64,000 nt of DNA from Eledone cirrhosa. Lineage: Eukaryota. Positions 1 to 12,318 of the stretch are shown piece by piece. The notes under the pieces are model-generated. The model worked only from the letters and a program-made list of their open reading frames with translations, was not told where the DNA came from and searched no databases. How positions within the stretch are numbered: position 1 is the stretch's first letter; every line of letters begins with the position of its first letter. A program made the translations under genes and the position numbers. The DNA lies in contig OZ024762.1 in NCBI GenBank assembly GCA_964016885.1, forward strand, positions 7,130,001 to 7,194,000, read 5' to 3'.

Positions 1-361
1 CCCCAGTCCTATCATCTCATTTTTACAGCTGAGTAAACTGGAGCAATGTGAAATAAAGTGTCTTGCTCAAGGAAACAACACATCACCCGGTTTGAGAATT
101 GAACTCACAACCTTTCGATTGTAAGGCCAATGCTCTAACACAGTGAGTGGTGGGTGCTTTTTTGCCATGGCACCTACACGACCACTTTGCAGTGGAATGA
201 TAGGGACCCCAGTCCTATCATCTCATTTTTACAGCTGAGTAAACTGGAGCAATGTGAAATAAAGTGTCTTGCTCAAGGAAACAACACATCACCCGGTTTG
301 AGAATTGAACTCACAACCTTTCGATTGTAAGGCCAATGCTCTAACCACTAAGCCATGTGTC
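1..361 (-). mobile_element. two tandem partial copies of CORE-type tRNA SINE (family A)
   Basis: 1-138 is repeated at 207-345; reverse-complemented A/B boxes and core. Confidence 0.8.
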
Positions 362-419
362 TATATATATTATATATTCTATGCCCCAAATGCAAACTAT
401 GGGTACATAAAAGATGTAC

Positions 420-1282
420 CCACAGGCAAGCTATCTAAGAAAGTAGGTTTTATATGTGGCCGATGCTCAGGTACAATAATTAGTAAGTGCCCACAGGATA
501 CTAGCTCCTTCTACTGCCCAGATGGTTCTATTGAAATAGTGGACACTTTCCATTACCTGGGTGACAAAATCAACTGTGGTGGAGGTTGCTCTGAAAGTAC
601 AGTAGCCAGAGTCAGAACAGGATGGAAAAAGTTCTGAGAGCTTATACCACTATTGGCCACAAAAGGTTTCTCTCTAAAAATGAAAGGCAGATTGTATGAT
701 GCTTGTATACAGCAATGTTAATATACAGATGCTTGTATACGAACAGCAATGTTCGTATACAGATGCTGTTTACTTGACAGAGGATTACGTTGGTATGGTC
801 ATGTGAAGCACATGAAAGACGACAGCTGTATAAAAAAGTGCAGGGCAATCAAAATTGATGGTAGTTACGGAGTAGGTAGACCGAGAAAAACCTGGGACGA
901 CATGATAAATTCTGACCTTGCACACTTCCACCTCTCTAAGACAATGTCACTGGACCGAGATCTTTGGCGCCACGCAGTAATACAGAAGACCCACCTTCCC
1001 TTATGTACGAAGTCAAACCTACAGTCAGTAGGCATCTCTTAACCAAATATACACCCCACACAACCCTTTCTCTGTAAAGTTATGTTGGTACCACAGAACA
1101 TCCAGTCCACACTGTAAATATGGTTGGTGTTAGGAAGGGCATCCAGCCGTAGAAAACCTGCCAGATAGTCCTATACGAGCGAGACACGGTCACCCGACCA
1201 ATCTTGCCTCAAGTGGGACAATCCCGTCTAACCCATGCTAGCGTGGAAGATGGATGTTAAACGATGATGATGATGATGATGA
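420..1282 (+). mobile_element. degraded 3' fragment of the same RTE family
   Basis: ORFs 305..637 and 749..1042 match the LINE C-terminus (FICGRCSG..ARVRTGWKKF; LRWYGHV..GRPRKTW) with a stop and a deletion; 3' UTR and (GAT)n tail follow. Confidence 0.88.
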
Positions 1283-2060
1283 TATATATGTGGGGGGGGG
1301 GGGTATGATGAATGTATGTATTTGGGTATATATGTATATATGCGTGTGTGGGGGGAGTATGTATATATATATATATATATGTGTGTGGGGTGGAGTATGT
1401 ATGTATATATATATGTATATATATATGTGTGTGTGTGTGTGTGTTTTACATCTTTAATCTAATGAAAATGTTAGAGATTTTTTTTCCATTTTTTTCCATA
1501 CTACATGACCGTTAAAATCTTCCAACATAATTTTATACAAGAACCATATGTTTAGTTATTATCTTAGTAATGAAATTATTCATAACTTTTGCAAATTGCC
1601 CCCCAAAACTTTTCATAAATCATATGAAATCCTCTTTATTTCATTAGAAATACTGTCAGGATGAGCTAAAGTTCTGTACATTAAAATCTTTCGACATAAC
1701 TTTATATAAGAACCATATGTTAAGTTAGAGGGCTGGACTTTCACTTGCTAAGGCCCTAGCTATATAAAATTTAAGACCCTTCTCTAAAAAAATTCAGAGT
1801 AGAAAATTTTAAGTAATTATACATGTTTATTATTTTTTATATTAATATTAATGATAAAGAATAAATTATATGTATGTATGTATAATAATAATATATATAT
1901 ATAATATATGTATATATGTATATATATATATGTATATGTATATATGTATATGTATGTATGCATGTAAGTATATGTATATATGTATATGTATGTGTATGTA
2001 TGTATATGTATGTATATGTATGTATGTATATGTATATATATGTATACATATGTATGTATG

Positions 2061-2129
<69 letters not shown>

Positions 2130-2288
2130 GTATATGTATGTATATATATGTATATATATGTATATGTATGTATATATATGTATATATGTATATGTATGTA
2201 TACATATGTATGTATATGTATATATATATATATATATGTGTGTATGTATGTATATATATATGTATATATGTATATATATATATGTATA

Positions 2289-2333
<45 letters not shown>

Positions 2334-2340
2334 ATGTATG

Positions 2341-2373
<33 letters not shown>

Positions 2374-2714
2374 GTATATCTGTATATATTATGTATATAT
2401 ATTATGTATTTATATATTATGTATATATATATTATGTATATATATATTATGTATATATATATATATATATATTATATTATATATAGATATTATATATATT
2501 ATATATATAAATGACTTCTACAGGGCTTGAATTGTTTCATTCGTATGAAATCAACAGGAACTATAATGATTTGATACAAATGAAACAGTTCTAGTTCTGT
2601 AGAAGTCATTTCTATATATAATGAAATTGCTAATACTCTACCAATGTATTGAGTACATTTTTTAACTGTTGTTACGCCCTGACACAACTTTGCAATCTAC
2701 ATATTTTATATATA

Positions 2715-3095
2715 TCATCATCATCATCATCATCGTTTAACGTCCATATTCCACGCTTGCATGGGTTTGGACGGGAGTTTTCCCACTTGGGGCAAGAGTG
2801 GTTGTCTTGCTCATATAGGACTGTCTGGCGGGTTTTCTACGGCTGGATACCCTTCCTAACACCAACCACATTTACAGTGTGGGACTGGGAGGTTTTTACC
2901 GTGTTACCTACGCGGCCACATTACAGCGTGGACTGTGTGTTTTTTGTAGTGACACCTACACGTCCTCATTTGTTTCGGGCTGGATGTTGTGGTACCAACA
3001 TAACTTTACATTGAAAAGGGTGGTGTGGATGGGGTGGGGGTAGTGGGACGGGGGGTGGGTGTATTTTGTTAGAGGTGCCTACTGACTGTAGTAGG
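2715..3095 (-). mobile_element. RTE 3' UTR fragment
   Basis: Reverse complement of 14755-15124 with (ATC)n tail. Confidence 0.85.
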
Positions 3096-3280
3096 TTTCA
3101 CTTTTATATATATATATATAATTTTTTATAATTTAGTGTTAAAGAATAAAAATTAATGATAAAATGAAAATATATTTTAAGAAATGAGGCCCTACATACA
3201 CCGCATTCCCCGGTGCCGAAGAAGCTTCGTCCTAGAGGACACAACCTAATTTTGACAACCAAAAATTTGAAAAAAAAAAA

Positions 3281-3471
3281 AACTGTTTCTACATTTGGCA
3301 CAAGGCCAGCAATTACCCAGTGCATTACTGGTACTTTATTTTATCGACCCCCGTAAGGATGAAAGGCAAAGTTGACCTCGGCAGTAATTGAACTCAGACA
3401 TTTAAAGGGCCGCAACTCTATGCTGCAAAGCATGGCGTCCGACCCTTTACCGTTACTGCCAATCCACCGCC
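3281..3471 (-). mobile_element. SINE family B
   Basis: Reverse complement of the 57275 consensus. Confidence 0.8.
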
Positions 3472-3571
3472 ATTTGAAAAAAAATAATAAACAACCTTTG
3501 GCCTCCGGGACACACGGTAGATTTTTGAGACTTATTTTAGGAAAAAAGTAGCGTCTTTGTCACCGAGAAGT

Positions 3572-3975
3572 CATCATCATCATCATCATGATCATCATTT
3601 TACATCCGCTTTTCCCTGCTTGCAAGGGTGGGACGGGAACTGATTCTGGCTTGATTTCTACAGCTGGATGCCCTTCCTAACACCAACCTCATTTACAGTG
3701 AGTGCTGGGTGCTTTTTTGGGGGGGCCGTGGCACCTCCACGACCACTTTACAGTGTGGGCTGGGTGCTTTTTTGCCGTGGCACCTCCACGACCACTTTGC
3801 AGTGGAATGATATGAACCCCAGTCCCTATCATCTCATTTCTACAACTGAGTAAACTGGAGCAATGTGAAATAAAGTGTCTAGCTCAAGGAAGCAACACAT
3901 CACCTGGTCTGAGAATTGAACTCACAACCTTTCGATTGCAAGGCCAATGTTCTAACCACTAAACCATGTGCCTCC
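3572..3975 (-). mobile_element. tRNA SINE family A, full length
   Basis: Head, CORE-like ccttgagcaagacactt..cagtttactcagctgtagaaatg, RTE-like tail, (ATC)n. Confidence 0.85.
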
Positions 3976-4261
3976 ATAAATAGTTATAAGTAAGACTAGC
4001 TCAGTTTATCTCAGAGGATATCCTTCAAAATTCTTAATCGTTTACTTGAAATAGGGTGAGTGTTTTTCATTTGAGATATTGAGTGATGAAAGTGTTAACT
4101 GACCAACAAACATACTGGGCCAACATGTTGCCAGTTTATGGGGGAGGGGTGCTAGAAAGTGGAGGTCAATTAACCAGTACTGCCATCTGTCTGTTCTAAG
4201 AAAGACAACTCTGCACCCAAAGTACCATCTGTTTGCTACCAAAGAGCGGGGAGGAGTGGGT

Positions 4262-4286
4262 AGATAGATATGGAGAGAGAGGGTAG

Positions 4287-4318
<32 letters not shown>

Positions 4319-4656
4319 AGAGGTGTAGAGAGAGAGAGGGGGGGGAAGCTCCTTCTCAATATTTAATATCATAATAGATATATAAAAAAACAAGAGAGAG
4401 AGAGGGAGAGAGAGATGAAGAAGGTGGAGATAGACAGAGCTAAAGAGTGAGAGAGACAGAGTGGGACAGACAGAGAGGGAGAGAGAGACAGAGTGGGACA
4501 GACAGAGAGAGAGAGAGAGAGAGAAAAGAGGTGTAGAGAGAGAGGGGGAGGGTGGAGCTCCTTCTCAATATTTAATATCATAATAGATATATAAAAAAAC
4601 AAGAGAGGGAGAGAGAGAGAGAGAGAGAGATGAAGAAGGTGGAGATAGACAGAGAT

Positions 4657-4692
<36 letters not shown>

Positions 4693-4777
4693 TGGGACAG
4701 ACAGAGACAGACAGGGACAGACAGAGACAGAGAGAGAGAGAGAGAGAGAGATGAAGAAGGTGGAGATAAACAGAGAT

Positions 4778-4829
<52 letters not shown>

Positions 4830-4950
4830 TGGGACAGACAGAGATAAAGACAGAGAGAGACAGAGTGGGACAGACAGAGACAGAGACAGACAGAGTGATA
4901 GAGATAGAGGCACCTTCTCTTCAATATTTAATAACAAAATAGATATAAAG
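4262..4950. repeat. (AG)n/(AGAC)n region with a ~50-bp spacer repeated three times
   Basis: ccttctcaatatttaatatcataatagatatataaaaaaac at ~4350, ~4560, ~4915. Confidence 0.8.
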
Positions 4951-5303
4951 AAAGCCAAAACACACGAAAAATCCCAAAAAGAACAACAACAAAAGCTGCC
5001 ATAAATTATTTGTTGGTTAGTTTTAAGATGGCGTTTCACATGTAACAACTCTTAGCAATGTTTCGGTCTGTGTAAGAATGTGTTTGTTTATACAAAGAAA
5101 ACTTTCATCTTCTCATGAAAGATTATTGACCAGACTGAGAAGAATATTCTAAACATTTCTATGGGATTTCAAACCATCTATGAAAGCAATCAGTCAAACC
5201 CTTGATAGTAAGGGAAGCAGATGTTAAACAATTACGATGATGATGATGATAAATACACACACACAGACACACAGACACATATACACATATATATATATAT
5301 TTT

Positions 5304-5349
<46 letters not shown>

Positions 5350-5360
5350 CATACATATAC

Positions 5361-5458
<98 letters not shown>

Positions 5459-5494
5459 ATACATATACATATATATATATATACATATACATAT

Positions 5495-5587
<93 letters not shown>

Positions 5588-5648
5588 CACACATACACAC
5601 ACACACATATATATATATATATATGTATATACATACATACACACATAT

Positions 5649-5679
<31 letters not shown>

Positions 5680-5714
5680 CATATATATATACATATATAT
5701 ACATATATATATAC

Positions 5715-5771
<57 letters not shown>

Positions 5772-6038
5772 CATACATACATATACATATATATATATAT
5801 ATACATACATACATATACATACATATACATATACATATACATATATATATATATATAATGTAGGGGGAGAGTTTTATTGTAGCACAATAATGATGATATT
5901 TGTTTTTGAAATGCGCATAATAAAATACATGGAACTCTTTTAACCATCTTTTGATTTTATATTATATATACATATATATATATACACATATACATACATA
6001 TATATATATGTATGTATATGTGTATATATATATATGTA

Positions 6039-6121
<83 letters not shown>

Positions 6122-6210
6122 ACATACAGAAAGAAAACAGAAACATCAAAGCAAGCAAGACAGTAAAATGAAGAAATGTAGTAGTTTAATGCTTGATATA
6201 GTAGGAAAAG

Positions 6211-6250
6211 AGTCTTAACGTTTCAGGCACTAGTCCTTCATCAGAAAGTA
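6211..6250 (-). ncRNA. very small hammerhead-like motif (degenerate + strand relative at ~26615-26655)
   Basis: Reverse complement CTTT-CTGATGA-AGG actagtg CCT-GAAA-CGTT-AAG; stem I is weak. Confidence 0.4.
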
Positions 6251-6335
6251 GAATGAGAAATAAAAGATGAAATAGAAAAATAGAGGGTGAGAAGAGGAAG
6301 ATTTTTTTTTTTTTAGAAAAGCACGTGTGTAATCT

Positions 6336-6353
6336 GTGGTGGTGGTGGTGGTG

Positions 6354-6393
<40 letters not shown>

Positions 6394-6670
6394 CAGAGGT
6401 GGTGGCAGCAGAAGTAGTAGTAGTTGTAGTACTAGTAGTTGTAGTGGCGGTGGCAGCAGTAGCAGTAGTAGTGGCGGCGGCAGTAATAGTAGTGGTAGTG
6501 GTGGTGGTGGTGGCAGTGGTAGTAGTAGTAGTAGTGGTGGTGGTGGCAGAGGCAGCAGTAGTAGTAGTAGTAGTAGTGGTGGTTGTGCTGGTGGTGGTGG
6601 TGGTGGTGGCAGTAGTAGTAGTGGTGGTAGTGGTGGCAGTAGTAGTAGTAGTAGTGGTGGTGGTAGTGGC

Positions 6671-6706
<36 letters not shown>

Positions 6707-6710
6707 GGTG

Positions 6711-6742
<32 letters not shown>

Positions 6743-6802
6743 GGTGGTGGTAGTAGTGGTAGTAGTAGTAGTAGTAGCAGTGGTGGTGGCAGAGGCAGCA
6801 GC

Positions 6803-6841
<39 letters not shown>

Positions 6842-7062
6842 GGTAGTAGTAGTAGTGGTGGTGGTAGTAGTGGTAGTAGTAGTAGTAGTGGTAGTAGTGG
6901 TGGCAGAGGCGGCAGCAGTGGTAGTGATAGTGGTGGTAGTAGTAGCAGTGGTAGTAGTAGTAGCAGTGGTGGTGGCAGCAGTAGTAGTAGTGGTAGTAGT
7001 AGTAGCAGTGGTGGTGGCAGAGGCGGCAGCAGTGGTAGTGGTGGTGGTAGTAGTGGGTAGGT
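6336..7062. repeat. (GTA/GTG/GCA)n trinucleotide tract
   Basis: Direct inspection. Confidence 0.95.
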
Positions 7063-7213
7063 AGGGTTAGTGAGAAGACATATGTCATAGAGAAATGGTA
7101 TTTAATACTTGTAATGTTGCACCAAACATACAGGAGGAGATTGGTTTTCAACTGGAACACATCTCTGTATGAAATAATATGGCTCTGTATCTCTATGTAT
7201 GTATATGTGTGTG

Positions 7214-7249
<36 letters not shown>

Positions 7250-7315
7250 TATTTATATATATATATATGATGTTGATGATGATGATATATATATATATAT
7301 ACAACACATATATAT

Positions 7316-7360
<45 letters not shown>

Positions 7361-7554
7361 ACATATATGTATATATGTATATATATATATGTATATGTAT
7401 GTATATGTATGTATATATATATATGTGTATATATATATGTATATATGTATATATATGTATATATATATATATATGTATAAAGAATTAAAAAGAACAGAAA
7501 GATGCAGTAAAAGAGATTTATTCGGTTCTTACGTACGTTTCAATAGACATCTAT

Positions 7555-7585
<31 letters not shown>

Positions 7586-7723
7586 GTATATATATGTATA
7601 TATATGTATATATATATATGTACATATATATGTATATATATATATGTATATATACATATATTACATATATATGTACATATATATGTATATATATATGTCT
7701 ATATATGTATATATATGTATATA

Positions 7724-7788
<65 letters not shown>

Positions 7789-7969
7789 GGACGTAAAACA
7801 ATGATGATATATATAGAAGCAGTAACACAACAGTTAGTTCACCATACCGAGAACAATTGTTTCACCTCGTTCTTGGTATGGTGAACTGACTGTTGTGTAA
7901 CCACTTCTACCTAACTCGTCCCATGGACTGAGTACTCTACCACTACGGATATTACCTTCCAGTGTTCTA

Positions 7970-8061
<92 letters not shown>

Positions 8062-8083
8062 AATATGTATATATATAAATATG

Positions 8084-8135
<52 letters not shown>

Positions 8136-8141
8136 AATATG

Positions 8142-8428
8142 TATCATCATCATCATCATCATCAACGTTTAACGTCCGTGTTCCACGCTTGCATGGGTTT
8201 GGACGGGGGTATTCCCACTTGAGGCAAGAGTGATTGTCTTGCTCGCATAGGACTGTCTGGCAGGTTTTCTACAGTTGGATGCCCTTCCTAACACCAACCA
8301 CATTTACAGTGTGGGTCTGGGAGGTTTTTACCGTGTTGCCTACACGGCCACATTACAGCGTGGACTGTGTGTTTTTTTGTCGTGACACCTACACGATCTC
8401 GTTTGTTTCGGCCTGGATGGCGCGGCAC

Positions 8429-8431
<3 letters not shown>
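8142..8431 (-). mobile_element. RTE 3' UTR fragment, nearly identical to the young LINE
   Basis: Spurious ORFs 8234..8461 and 14821..15033 give the same peptide over ~65 aa; (ATC)n tail; sits in (TA)n. Confidence 0.9.
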
Positions 8432-8464
<33 letters not shown>

Positions 8465-8612
8465 TGTATATATATATATGCAAAAGTTTTATTTAAAATT
8501 GTTGGGTTACAACGAGTAAATATTTTATAACTGATATAAAGCACTCAACAAGTTTTTTGGAGTAGATATACGATATTAAACAAATGGAAACTATATTTAT
8601 AAAACCATATTT

Positions 8613-8676
8613 ATTTCATTATACATATTTCGGGGATACCATATTAAAAATATGGCATGCCTTCGTCAGATAAAAT
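8613..8676 (-). ncRNA. minimal type I hammerhead ribozyme motif
   Basis: Reverse complement: ATTTTAT-CTGACGA-stem II-GAAA-TATGTA-TA-ATGAAAT. Confidence 0.68.
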
Positions 8677-8756
8677 ATGGCATGCCTTCGTCAGATAAAA
8701 TACAATATATAATAAAATACAATATAAAATTATTTATAAAACTGTTTATATATTGT

Positions 8757-8820
8757 ATTTTATCTGACGAAGGCATGCCATATTTTTAATATGGTATCCC
8801 CGAAATATGTATAATGAAAT
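8757..8820 (+). ncRNA. minimal type I hammerhead ribozyme motif
   Basis: Stem I ATTTTAT/ATGAAAT; CTGACGA 8764-8770; stem II GGCATGCCATATT/AATATGGTATCCC; GAAA 8802-8805; TATGTA; UA cleavage site at 8812-8813. Confidence 0.7.
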
Positions 8821-8910
8821 AAATGTGGTTTTATAAATATAGTTTCCATTTGTTTAATATCGTATATATATATATATATATATATACATATATGTATATA
8901 TATAAATATG

Positions 8911-8944
<34 letters not shown>

Positions 8945-8945
8945 A

Positions 8946-8986
<41 letters not shown>

Positions 8987-8993
8987 ATATTAA

Positions 8994-9284
8994 TAACGGT
9001 TGAAGTTCACTGGATAGTCCAGCGAACTTCAACCGTTAAGGTTGTTTTTTTCTGCGGTGTGTCAATATTTATTTATAAAACAAATCTGTATTTTATCTGA
9101 TGAAAGCACACCATAATTTGCCTTGGTTGCCCTTGAAATATATATAATAAAATAATTATGGTTTTATAAATATAGTTTCCATTTATTAATATATTGAATA
9201 TTTACTCCAGTTACCTGTTGACTGCTTTATATCAGTTATAAAATGTTTGAGCTTGTTGAATCCCAACAAATTAAATATAACCTC

Positions 9285-9288
<4 letters not shown>
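8994..9288 (+). mobile_element. hammerhead-bearing Penelope-like/retrozyme element (subfamily 1) with short 5' hairpin
   Basis: 21-bp inverted 5' arm (8994-9038), hammerhead at 9089-9154, 3' end ..ataacctctgca|(TA)n. Confidence 0.72.
9089..9154 (+). ncRNA. minimal type I hammerhead ribozyme motif
   Basis: TATTTTAT-CTGATGA(9097)-stem II-GAAA(9135)-TATATA-TA-ATAAAATA. Confidence 0.7.
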
Positions 9289-9319
<31 letters not shown>

Positions 9320-9377
9320 TTAAAAACATATATACATACATATAACCCCTGACAGCATGGAAAAGTTCCCATCAAAT

Positions 9378-10492
9378 AATGATAAAGACATAACAACATC
9401 ACTAGTGCTCACGTCATGATAAAGACATAACAACAGCCCGAGTGATGATGTTGCGATAAAGACATAACAACAGCCCTAGTACTGATGTCATTGTAAAGAC
9501 ATAACAACATCACTAGTGATGATGTTGGGATAAAGACATAACAACATCACTAGTGCTGATGTTGGGATAAAGACATAACAACAGCCCTAGTGCTGATGTC
9601 ATGATGAAGACATAACATCATCACTAATGATAATGACATGATAAAGACATAACAACAGCCGTAGTGATGATGTCATGATAAAACATAACAACATCGCTAG
9701 TACTGATGTCATGATGCAGACATAACAACAGGTGTAGTGATGATGTCATGATAGAGACATAACAACATAACTAGTGATGCTGTCATGATAGAGACATAAC
9801 AACATAACTAGTGATGCTGTCATGATAGAGACATAACAACATAACTAGTGCTGATGTCATGATAGAGACATAACAACATAACTAGTGATGCTGTCATGAT
9901 AGAGACATAACAACATAACTAGTGATGCTGTCATGTTACAGACATAACAACAGGTGTAGTGATGATGTCATGATAGAGACATAACAACATAACTAGTGAT
10001 GCTGTCATGATAGAGACATAACAACATAACTAGTGCTGATGTCATGATAGAGACATAACAACAGGTGTAGTGATGCTGTCATGATAGAGACATAACAACA
10101 TAACTAGTGATGCTGTCATGATAGAGACATAACAACAGGTGTAGTGATGCTGTCATGATAGAGACATAACAACATAACTAGTGATGCTGTCATGATAGAG
10201 ACATAACAACAGGTGTAGTGATGCTGTCATGATAGAGACATAACAACATAACTAGTGATGATGTCATGATAGAGACATAACAACAGGTGTAGTGATGCTG
10301 TCATGATAGAGACATAACAACAGGTGTAGTGATGCTGTCATGATAGAGACATAACAACATAACTAGTGATGCTGTCATGATAGAGACATAACAACATAAC
10401 TAGTGATGATGTCATGATAGAGACATAACAACAGGTGTAGTGATGCTGTCATGATAGAGACATAACAACATAACTAGTGATGATGTCATGAT
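9378..10492. repeat. 37-bp minisatellite, ~30 copies
   Basis: Unit catgatagagacataacaacataactagtgatgctgt with an alternating variant. Confidence 0.92.
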
Positions 10493-10879
10493 ACAATTAA
10501 CTTAGAGTGCAGGATGATAAATAAGGAAGATACAAGCTTCCTCGTCCCACCTATGAGGTCCATAGCACCCCCCCCCCCCTGCTTCACTACTGACTTGGTC
10601 GGTCTGTGAAGACTTGTCCAACCCATGCTAGCAGAGAAAATTAATTTGAAGATGATATATAATTCTTACAACATAGCTATGATGTTTCAGCAAAGTAAGC
10701 CAGTTGTTTGCTGACCCATCTTCTGACTCTCTTGTGGACTACCAACATCGCTAGATCTGATCATAACATATATATATATGTACGCATGCCCATGCATGTA
10801 TATATATATATTATATATATGTGTATATATTTATATGTTTATATAAATATATACACATATTTGTATATATCTTATATAT

Positions 10880-11226
10880 GAAGGTGCATCGCTTAGTGGT
10901 TAGAGCATTGGGCTTGCAATCGAAAGGTTGTGAGTTCAATACTCGGACCGGGTGATGTGTTGTTTCCTTGAGCAAGACACTTTATTTCACATTGCTCCAG
11001 TTTCCTCAGTAAAGTGAACATGTAGGGGCCACGGAAAAAAAGCACCCAGCACTCACTGTAAATGAGGTTGGTGTTAGGAAGGGCATCCAGCTGTAGAAAT
11101 CAAGCCAGCATCAGTTCCCGTATGAGCAAGACAAGGTCAGCCGACCGGACACTGTTCGCAACAGGACAACCCGTCTAACCCATGCTAGCGTGGAAGAACG
11201 GACGTAAAACGGTGATGATGATGATA
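10880..11226 (+). mobile_element. tRNA SINE family A variant
   Basis: A box cttagtgg, B box gagttcaatac, core, RTE-like tail, (GAT)n. Confidence 0.8.
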
Positions 11227-12318
11227 TGTGTGTATATATATATTATCATCATCGTTTTACATCCATTCTTCCACGCTAGCATGTGTGTGTGTGTGTGTAT
11301 GTGTGTGTGTGTGTGTAATAGACACATTTGTACAAACACACACACACACATACACACACACAAACAAGCCTTTGTGTATTGCTAAACATTCCACATGTAC
11401 TTACATATGCGCATGTAAAGAGTTGGCGCGCATGCATGCCTTTGTGTGCATGTGTGGTAATTAGAGCTGGTGGTGGTGGTGGTGGTGGTGGTGGTGGTGG
11501 TGTGGAGGAGGATGTGTCATGCAGGGGCAGGGGTTGTTGACAGAAGTGTCAGTTTGCAGTACACTCCCTTGCCCCCCCCCCCCTCCCCAATATCCTACCT
11601 CTGTCCTCACAGATGACTAAAATTTCTACTGCTGCCATCTATCACCCCCCCCCTCCACAACAATATATATATATCTATATATATAAATATATATATTTAT
11701 ATATATATTATATATATATATTACATATATATATATATTACATATATATATATTACATATATATATATACATATTACATATATATACATATTACATATAT
11801 ATATATATATATATATACATATTACATATATATACATATTACATATATATATATATATACATATTACATATATATACATATTACATATATATATATATAC
11901 ATATTACATATATATACATATTACATATATATATATACATATTACATATATATACATATTACATATATATATATACATATTACATATATATATACATATT
12001 ACATATATATATATACATATTACATATATATATATACATATTACATATATATATATACATATTACATATATATACATATTACATATATATATACATATTA
12101 CATATATATATATACATATTACATATATATATATACATATTACATATATATATATACATATTACATATATATATACATATTACATATATATATACATATT
12201 ACATATATATATATACATATTACATATATATATATACATATTACATATATATATATACATATTACATATATATATACATATTACATATATATACATATTA
12301 CATATATATATATACACA

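Larger units (their letters stand above)
8479..8865. mobile_element. hammerhead-bearing Penelope-like/retrozyme fold-back element (subfamily 2)
   Basis: Inverted arms ~8567-8677 and 8756-8865, each with a hammerhead core; embedded in (TA)n. Confidence 0.7.

Noticed and set aside
1837-7884. Many long ORFs rich in Y/I/C/V/H/T (also at 11613, 21193, 30049, 45225, 48792, 52357)
   Set aside because: Translations of (TA)n/(TG)n/trinucleotide microsatellites that lack stops by composition; no coding signal.
9378-10492. 37-bp repeat array as possible CRISPR (likewise the 43-, 47- and 54-bp arrays)
   Set aside because: Units are contiguous with no unique spacers, there are no cas genes, and the context is eukaryotic.
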